NCBI GenBank assembly: GCA_046758965.1
Contig: JBHIBG010000025.1
Span: 1-32,798, forward strand
Direction of reading: 5' to 3'
Source: Candidatus Methylomirabilia bacterium
Lineage (GTDB): Bacteria > Methylomirabilota > Methylomirabilia > Rokubacteriales > CSP1-6
DNA length: 32,798 nucleotides
Shown here: positions 27,537 to 32,798 of the stretch, piece by piece
Layout of the letters: every line of letters begins with the position of its first letter
Numbering within the stretch: the first letter of the stretch is position 1
Notes under the pieces: model-generated
Databases searched by the model: none
Told to the model about the DNA's origin: nothing
Seen by the model: the letters and a program-made list of their open reading frames with translations, nothing else
Program-made: the position numbers and the translations under genes

Positions 27537-27559
27537 GCGCGGGCGAAGCCCGTGCTCGA
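27537..27559 (-). repeat. Partial inverted third copy of the REP-like hairpin
   Basis: Reverse complement TCGAGCACGGGCTTCGCCCGCGC matches TCGAGCGCGGGCTTTGCCCGCGT at 25681-25703. Confidence 0.55.
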
Positions 27560-27596
27560 ACGGAAGAAAGCTCGATCGAGAGAAAGGATAAGCGCC

Positions 27597-28202
27597 GTGC
27601 AGAACGGAAGTGAACCACGGAAGCATACGATCGCAGCGCTGGTGGAGAACCGCTTTGGGGTGCTCTCGCGCGTCGCAGGGCTATTCTCCGCCCGCGGCTA
27701 CAACATCGAAAGCCTCTCGGTAGGGGAAACTCTGGACCCGACCGTGTCGCGCATGACCCTCGTGGTGCGCGGGGACGAGTTCGTCATCGAGCAGGTTATC
27801 AAACAGCTCCACAAACTCATTGACGTGCTCAAGGTCACCGATCTGACCGAGGAGGGGCACGTGGAGCGCGAGTTGATCCTGGTGAAGGTCAACGCTGAAC
27901 CGGTCTCTCGCGCCGAAATTTTGCGGATCGCCGACATCTTCCGGGCCAAGGTCGTGGATGTCACGCCGCTGACCTATACGGTGGAGGCTACCGGCGACGA
28001 GTCGAAGGTCGATGCCATCGTCGAGCTGCTGCGCCCCTTCGGCATCCAGGAGCTGGTTCGCACCGGGAAGGTGGCCATCGCCCGGAGCTCCAAGAACAGG
28101 ATTCACAGAATCGAGGAGAGGCTCGGGAAACCCAGGCCGGCGGAGCAGGGTCGGACCCAGAACCAGACCGGTGACCCGAGGATCGTCGGCTTTGTCGATT
28201 AG
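27597..28202 (+). CDS. ilvN: Acetolactate synthase small regulatory subunit
   Basis: [56 protein letters not shown]. Probable GTG start at 27597. Confidence 0.95.
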   Translation: MQNGSEPRKHTIAALVENRFGVLSRVAGLFSARGYNIESLSVGETLDPTVSRMTLVVRGDEFVIEQVIKQLHKLIDVLKVTDLTEEGHVERELILVKVNAEPVSRAEILRIADIFRAKVVDVTPLTYTVEATGDESKVDAIVELLRPFGIQELVRTGKVAIARSSKNRIHRIEERLGKPRPAEQGRTQNQTGDPRIVGFVD

Positions 28203-28224
28203 GGTTGGAAAAGGGGGGAGTGGA

Positions 28225-29229
28225 ATGCCGGCCAAAATCTACTACGATCAGGATGCGGATCTCGGGTTGCTGCGAGGGAAGAAGATTGCCGTGATCGGTT
28301 ACGGGAGCCAAGGGCATGCCCACGCCCTGAATCTCAAGGACTCGGGGCAGGATGTGGTGGTCGGGCTCTACAAAGGGTCCAAGAGCTGGACCAAGGCCGA
28401 CAAGGACGGCCTTCAGGTCGCCACCGTCGCCGAGGCGGCTCAGATGGCCGACGTCATCATGATTCTCCTGCCCGACCCGGTGCACCGGGCCACCTTTGAG
28501 GAGTCCGTCAAGGGCGGCCTCTCGAGGGGGAAGACGCTGATGGTGGCCCACGGCTTCAGCATCCACTTCAACCAGGTGGTGCCGCCCCGCGACGTCGACG
28601 TGTCGATGATCGCGCCCAAGGCGCCCGGCCACATCATGCGCGACCTCTTCACCCAGGGCCCCGGAGTCCCGGCGCTCCTCGCCGTGGCCCAGGATACGTC
28701 CGGGAAGGCCAAAGAGATGGCTCTGGCCTACGCGAGGGGGGTTGGGTGCACCCGTGCGGGCGTCATCGAGACGACCTTCAGGGAAGAGACGGAGACGGAT
28801 CTGTTCGGCGAGCAGACCACGCTCTGCGGCGGCATCTCGCACCTGATCAAGGCCGCCTTCGAGAGCCTGGTGGAGGCCGGTTACCAGCCCGAGGTCGCCT
28901 ACTTCGAGTGCATGCACGAGATGAAGCTGATCGTGGACCTGTTCTACCAGGGGGGCCTGGCCTACATGCGGTACTCGGTCTCTGACACCGCCGAGTACGG
29001 GGATTACACCCGCGGTCCCCGCATCATCACCGAGGAGGTCCGCGCTGAGATGAGGAAGATTCTGGGCGAGATCCAGTCCGGCCAGTTTGCCCGAGAGTGG
29101 GTCCTGGAGAACCAGGCGAACCGGGCGCAGTTCCTGGCGATGCGGAAGCGGGACGCCGAGCATCCGATCGAGGAGGTCGGCAAGCGCCTCCGGGGCATGA
29201 TGAGTTGGATTACCCCGCCGCGGATGTAG
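28225..29229 (+). CDS. ilvC: Ketol-acid reductoisomerase
   Basis: [57 protein letters not shown]. Confidence 0.97.
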   Translation: MPAKIYYDQDADLGLLRGKKIAVIGYGSQGHAHALNLKDSGQDVVVGLYKGSKSWTKADKDGLQVATVAEAAQMADVIMILLPDPVHRATFEESVKGGLSRGKTLMVAHGFSIHFNQVVPPRDVDVSMIAPKAPGHIMRDLFTQGPGVPALLAVAQDTSGKAKEMALAYARGVGCTRAGVIETTFREETETDLFGEQTTLCGGISHLIKAAFESLVEAGYQPEVAYFECMHEMKLIVDLFYQGGLAYMRYSVSDTAEYGDYTRGPRIITEEVRAEMRKILGEIQSGQFAREWVLENQANRAQFLAMRKRDAEHPIEEVGKRLRGMMSWITPPRM

Positions 29230-29277
29230 GGGTCGGGAGGATGCGCGTTTCCAGCGCGGACGGTGGCGAGGAGGCCG

Positions 29278-29904
29278 ATGCGAATTCCGGTGGCGCCTGA
29301 GGGGTGGCCGTTCATCTTGGCTCCCGCCGGGGGAGCTCTGGCGCTCTGGCTCGTCGGCTGGTGGGTGGCGGCTGCGGTCTTTGCCGCGGCAGCGCTGGCA
29401 TCTGCGGGCTTCTTCCGAGACCCGGAACGGACCCTGCCGGCCCTCCCGGGCGTGATCGTGGCGCCCGCTGACGGGCGCGTGATGGAACTGCGGGAGATCG
29501 CGGATCCGTTCGTGGGTGAAGGGGTGCGGCTGTCGATCTTCCTCTCCCCGCTCGATGTCCACATCAACCGTGCTCCGATCGGCGGGCTGGTGCTGCGGGT
29601 GGAGCGTCAGCCGGGGCGGTTCCTGGCGGCCTACCGGCCCGAGGCGTCGGAGGCCAACGAGCGCTGCACGCTCCATCTCCAGGGGGATGTGGGCCCGGTC
29701 TCGGTGCGGCAGATCGCCGGGACCGTGGCACGACGCATTGTCTGCCGGGTACGGGCCGGCGACAAGCTCGAGCAGGGCCAACGGTTCGGGCTGATCCGGT
29801 TCGGCTCGCGAGTCGACATGGTGATGCCGCGGACTGCTCAGGCGCGCGTCCGGGTGGGCGATCGGGTGCGCGGGGGCGAGACGGTGATTGGAGTGATCGC
29901 ATGA
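29278..29904 (+). CDS. psd: Phosphatidylserine decarboxylase proenzyme (short type)
   Basis: FFRDPER, APADGRV, IFLSPLDVHINRAP, QIAG.VARRI, IRFGSRVD self-cleavage motif. GAGGAGG RBS. Confidence 0.94.
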   Translation: MRIPVAPEGWPFILAPAGGALALWLVGWWVAAAVFAAAALASAGFFRDPERTLPALPGVIVAPADGRVMELREIADPFVGEGVRLSIFLSPLDVHINRAPIGGLVLRVERQPGRFLAAYRPEASEANERCTLHLQGDVGPVSVRQIAGTVARRIVCRVRAGDKLEQGQRFGLIRFGSRVDMVMPRTAQARVRVGDRVRGGETVIGVIA

Positions 29905-30722
29905 GGCGACGGTTCGTGAAGCCGCGATTTCGGCGAGGGGAGAGGGCCAAGGGGCCGCGCAGCCGGCGGTGGCAGGAGTTCCGGGCGCGGCGGCGCGGGA
30001 TCTTCCTCCTCCCGAGCCTCCTGACCACGGGCAACCTCTTCTGCGGGTTTCTGGCCCTCATCCTCACCGTGGAGGCCCGCTACGCCGAGGCGGCCCTCGC
30101 CGTCTTCGTCGCCGTTGTGATGGACATCCTGGACGGGAAGGTGGCCCGGGTGACCAAAACGACGACCCAGTTCGGACTCGAGTTCGACTCGCTCGCGGAT
30201 GTGGTGTCCTTCTGCGTGGCCCCGGCCTTCCTCCTCCACGCTTGGGCGCTCTCCGGGATGGGGAGGGCCGCCTGGCCTGCCGCGTTCCTCTTCGTCACGT
30301 GCGGGGCCTTGCGACTGGCTCGCTTCAACGCGATGGCGGGCACCGCTGACCGGCGCTACTTTGTGGGGCTTCCCACCCCGGCTGCCGCGGGGCTCATGGC
30401 CTCCCTCGTCCTCCTCTTGGAAGGGAGGGAGCTGTCCCGCTGGGAACTGCTTCTCCTCAGCGGGGCCACGTACGTGGTAGCCCTGCTGATGGTCTCCACC
30501 TTCCGCTACTACAGTTTCAAGGAAGTGGACTTCGCCCGGCGGCGGCCGTTCAGAACGATCGTGGTGGTGGCGCTCGGCGTGCTGATCGTCGCGACCCATC
30601 CCCAGCTCTTCCTTTTTGTCATTTTCGGGCTCTACGGGCTGTCCGGGCCCGCGCGCCGCCTCTGGACGTGGAAGCGCGAAGTGGGAGCTCACGTGGAAGC
30701 CGAACGCAAAGAGCCTAGCTAG
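29901..30722 (+). CDS. pssA: CDP-diacylglycerol--serine O-phosphatidyltransferase
   Basis: LPSLLTTGNLFCGF, DILDGKVAR...FG.EFDSLADVVSF.VAPA, ALRLARFN, F.GLPTP. Confidence 0.94.
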   Translation: MRRRFVKPRFRRGERAKGPRSRRWQEFRARRRGIFLLPSLLTTGNLFCGFLALILTVEARYAEAALAVFVAVVMDILDGKVARVTKTTTQFGLEFDSLADVVSFCVAPAFLLHAWALSGMGRAAWPAAFLFVTCGALRLARFNAMAGTADRRYFVGLPTPAAAGLMASLVLLLEGRELSRWELLLLSGATYVVALLMVSTFRYYSFKEVDFARRRPFRTIVVVALGVLIVATHPQLFLFVIFGLYGLSGPARRLWTWKREVGAHVEAERKEPS

Positions 30723-30746
30723 ACTCAGCGAAGGAGGGAACGAGTC

Positions 30747-32291
30747 ATGGACCGCGTCGTCATCTTTGATACGACGTTGAGGGATGGGGAGCAGGCGCCG
30801 GGCTTTTCCATGAACACCATGGAGAAGCTGGAGATGGCACGGCAGCTGGCCCGCCTCAACGTGGACGTCGTCGAAGCGGGCTTCCCGATCTCGTCCGACG
30901 AAGACTTCGAGGCCAGTCGGGAGGTGGCAAAGCAGGTCGGGACGCTGGAGGGAGCCCCCGCCATCTGCGGCCTGTCCCGGGTGGGGCTTGCCGACATCGA
31001 CCGGTGCTGGGAGGCGGTCAAGTACGCCAGGCGGCCGCGCATCCACACCTTCGTCGCGACCTCGGACATCCACCTGAAGTACAAGCTCAGAAAAACCCGC
31101 GCCGAGGTCCTGAAGGCAGCCGTGGAGGCGGTCAAGCATGCCCGGGGCTACTGCGAAGATGTGGAGTTCTCGCCCGAGGATGCGTCGCGGTCGGACTTCG
31201 ACTACATGTGCGAGGTCCTGGAGGCCGTGATCGATGCCGGGGCGACGACCATCAACATCCCCGACACGGTGGGGTACGCGATCCCGCAGGAGTGGGGGGA
31301 GCGGATCGCCCGGATCCGTGAGCGGGTGAAGAACAGCGCCAAAGCTGTCCTGTCCGTCCACTGTCACAACGACCTGGGGCAGGCTGTCGCCAACTCCCTG
31401 GTGGCGATTATGAACGGAGCCCGCCAGGTGGAGTGCACGATCAACGGGATCGGCGAGCGGGCGGGCAATGCCTCCCTCGAGGAGATCGTCATGGGGCTCC
31501 GCACGCGGCGGGATATCTTCGGGATCGGTACGCAGGTCAAGACCGAGGAGATCTTCCGCACCTCCAAGCTGCTCTCTCACATCACCGGGGTTCACGTCCA
31601 GCCGAACAAGGCGATCGTGGGAGAGAACGCTTTCGCCCACGAGGCGGGGATCCACCAGCACGGCGTCCTTCAGGAGCGGCTCACCTACGAGATCATGACG
31701 CCGCAGGATATCGGCCGCGCCTCGAACAAGCTCGTGCTGGGGAAACATTCGGGTCGCCATGCCCTCGCCGTGCGTCTGAAGGACCTCGGCTTCGACCTGA
31801 GCGGGCCCGATCTCGATAAGGCATTCCGGAAGTTCAAGGATCTGGCCGACCGGAAAAAGGAGGTCTACGACGAGGATCTGATGGCCATCGTCACAGACGA
31901 GATGGCCACTACAAAGGAAACATACACGCTGGACTACGTGCAGGTGCTCAGCGGCACGGCGATCATTCCGTCGGCGACCGTGCGCCTGAACAAGGAAGGG
32001 CAGGTCTTCCAGGACTCCGGCGTCGGCGACGGGCCCGTGGACGCCGTCTTGAACGCGATCGACGCTATCACGGGGCTCAAGGGCCGCCTTCAGGATTACG
32101 CCCTGCGGGCGGCCACCTCAGGGACGGACGCCATCGGCGAAGTCTCGGTGAAGGTGGATTTCGACGGCACCGTGGTCACCGGCAAGGGGGCCTCCACCGA
32201 CATCATCGAGGCCAGCGCGAGAGCCTATGTCAACGCGCTGAACCGTCTGGCCTCTCCGGTGGTCAAGAAGTTCGCGGGGATCGGCCCATGA
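30747..32291 (+). CDS. leuA: 2-isopropylmalate synthase
   Basis: [70 protein letters not shown]. Confidence 0.96.
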   Translation: MDRVVIFDTTLRDGEQAPGFSMNTMEKLEMARQLARLNVDVVEAGFPISSDEDFEASREVAKQVGTLEGAPAICGLSRVGLADIDRCWEAVKYARRPRIHTFVATSDIHLKYKLRKTRAEVLKAAVEAVKHARGYCEDVEFSPEDASRSDFDYMCEVLEAVIDAGATTINIPDTVGYAIPQEWGERIARIRERVKNSAKAVLSVHCHNDLGQAVANSLVAIMNGARQVECTINGIGERAGNASLEEIVMGLRTRRDIFGIGTQVKTEEIFRTSKLLSHITGVHVQPNKAIVGENAFAHEAGIHQHGVLQERLTYEIMTPQDIGRASNKLVLGKHSGRHALAVRLKDLGFDLSGPDLDKAFRKFKDLADRKKEVYDEDLMAIVTDEMATTKETYTLDYVQVLSGTAIIPSATVRLNKEGQVFQDSGVGDGPVDAVLNAIDAITGLKGRLQDYALRAATSGTDAIGEVSVKVDFDGTVVTGKGASTDIIEASARAYVNALNRLASPVVKKFAGIGP

Positions 32292-32329
32292 CCGCGCACG
32301 GACAGCTTGCGCGCGCGTGAGAGAAGACG

Positions 32330-32798
32330 ATGGGGATGACAATTACGGAGAAGATCCTGGCTGCCCACGCGGACAAGCGGGAAGTCCACCCCGGGGAGCT
32401 GATCACCTGCCGGCTTGATCTGCTCATGGGAAACGACATCACCGCTCCCATCGCGATCAAGGAGTTCGAGAAGGTGGGGGCAACTGCGGTATTCGACCCC
32501 GACCGCTTGGCTATCGTCCTCAGCCACTTCGTTCCGGCGAAGGATATCAAGTCGGCGGATCAGTGCAGGATCGTGCGGGACTTTGCCAAGCGGCACCGCC
32601 TCAAGTACTTCTACGACGAAGGACGGGGCGGCATCGAACACATCCTGCTCCCCCAGGAGGGGCTCGTCGTCCCCGGCGACGTGGTGCTGGGAGCTGACTC
32701 CCACTCCTGCACATACGGCGGGCTCGGCTGTTTCGCCGCCGGCGTCGGCTCCACCGATCTCGCCGCGGCCATGATCACCGGAGAGACGTGGTTCAAGG
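32330..32798 (+). CDS. leuC: 3-isopropylmalate dehydratase large subunit (short LeuC/HacA type), truncated by the window end
   Basis: Manual translation: MGMTITEKILAAH...MGNDITAP...SHFVP.KDIKSA...GGIEHILLPQEG...GADSHSCTYGGLG.FAAGVGSTD. Follows leuA. Confidence 0.93.
   Translation, partial: MGMTITEKILAAHADKREVHPGELITCRLDLLMGNDITAPIAIKEFEKVGATAVFDPDRLAIVLSHFVPAKDIKSADQCRIVRDFAKRHRLKYFYDEGRGGIEHILLPQEGLVVPGDVVLGADSHSCTYGGLGCFAAGVGSTDLAAAMITGETWFK

Noticed and set aside
29278..30722. psd-pssA inside the ilv/leu cluster as a novelty
   Set aside because: The ilvC-psd-pssA-leuA arrangement is familiar from several other bacterial lineages.
32288..32329. Mini-ORF overlapping the leuA stop with an in-frame TGA before leuC (possible read-through)
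   Set aside because: LeuC homology starts at ATG 32330. No Cys-motif context and no convincing SECIS.
1..32798. CRISPR arrays, tRNA/rRNA genes, transposases, prophage or defence genes
   Set aside because: None recognised by eye. The only repeats found are the short REP-like elements near ilvB.

Overview
GC-rich bacterial chromosomal window made mostly of metabolic genes. No rRNA, tRNA, CRISPR or transposase was recognised. The gene repertoire resembles Candidatus Rokubacteria/Methylomirabilota, but that is inference only. Left to right: 3' end of an SPFH/slipin gene, an orphan mreB, and a ~1 kb gene-poor gap holding a truncated glucosyl-3-phosphoglycerate-synthase-like remnant. Then an amidase, a PCP_red-domain protein and a stand-alone Smr protein. 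On the minus strand is an operon led by a hidden AhpD/CMD-family selenoprotein (CxxU, in-frame TGA plus SECIS-like hairpin, only partly seen by the ORF track), followed by an ABC ATPase, a permease and a small protein. Divergent from it lie a MocR/PdxR regulator, pdxS-pdxT and an SIS-only sugar-phosphate isomerase. Next is a three-gene oxalate-oxidoreductase-like 2-oxoacid:ferredoxin oxidoreductase with a FadR-type operator, then tctCBA, a Na+/Ca2+ antiporter and a FadR regulator. Finally, an unannotated Leu/Ile/Val-rich leader peptide with a six-segment attenuator precedes ppdK, a DHDPS-family aldolase, ilvB-ilvN-ilvC-psd-pssA-leuA and a truncated leuC. The strongest unexpected signals are the attenuator placed ahead of ppdK, the selenoprotein and the OOR-like locus.
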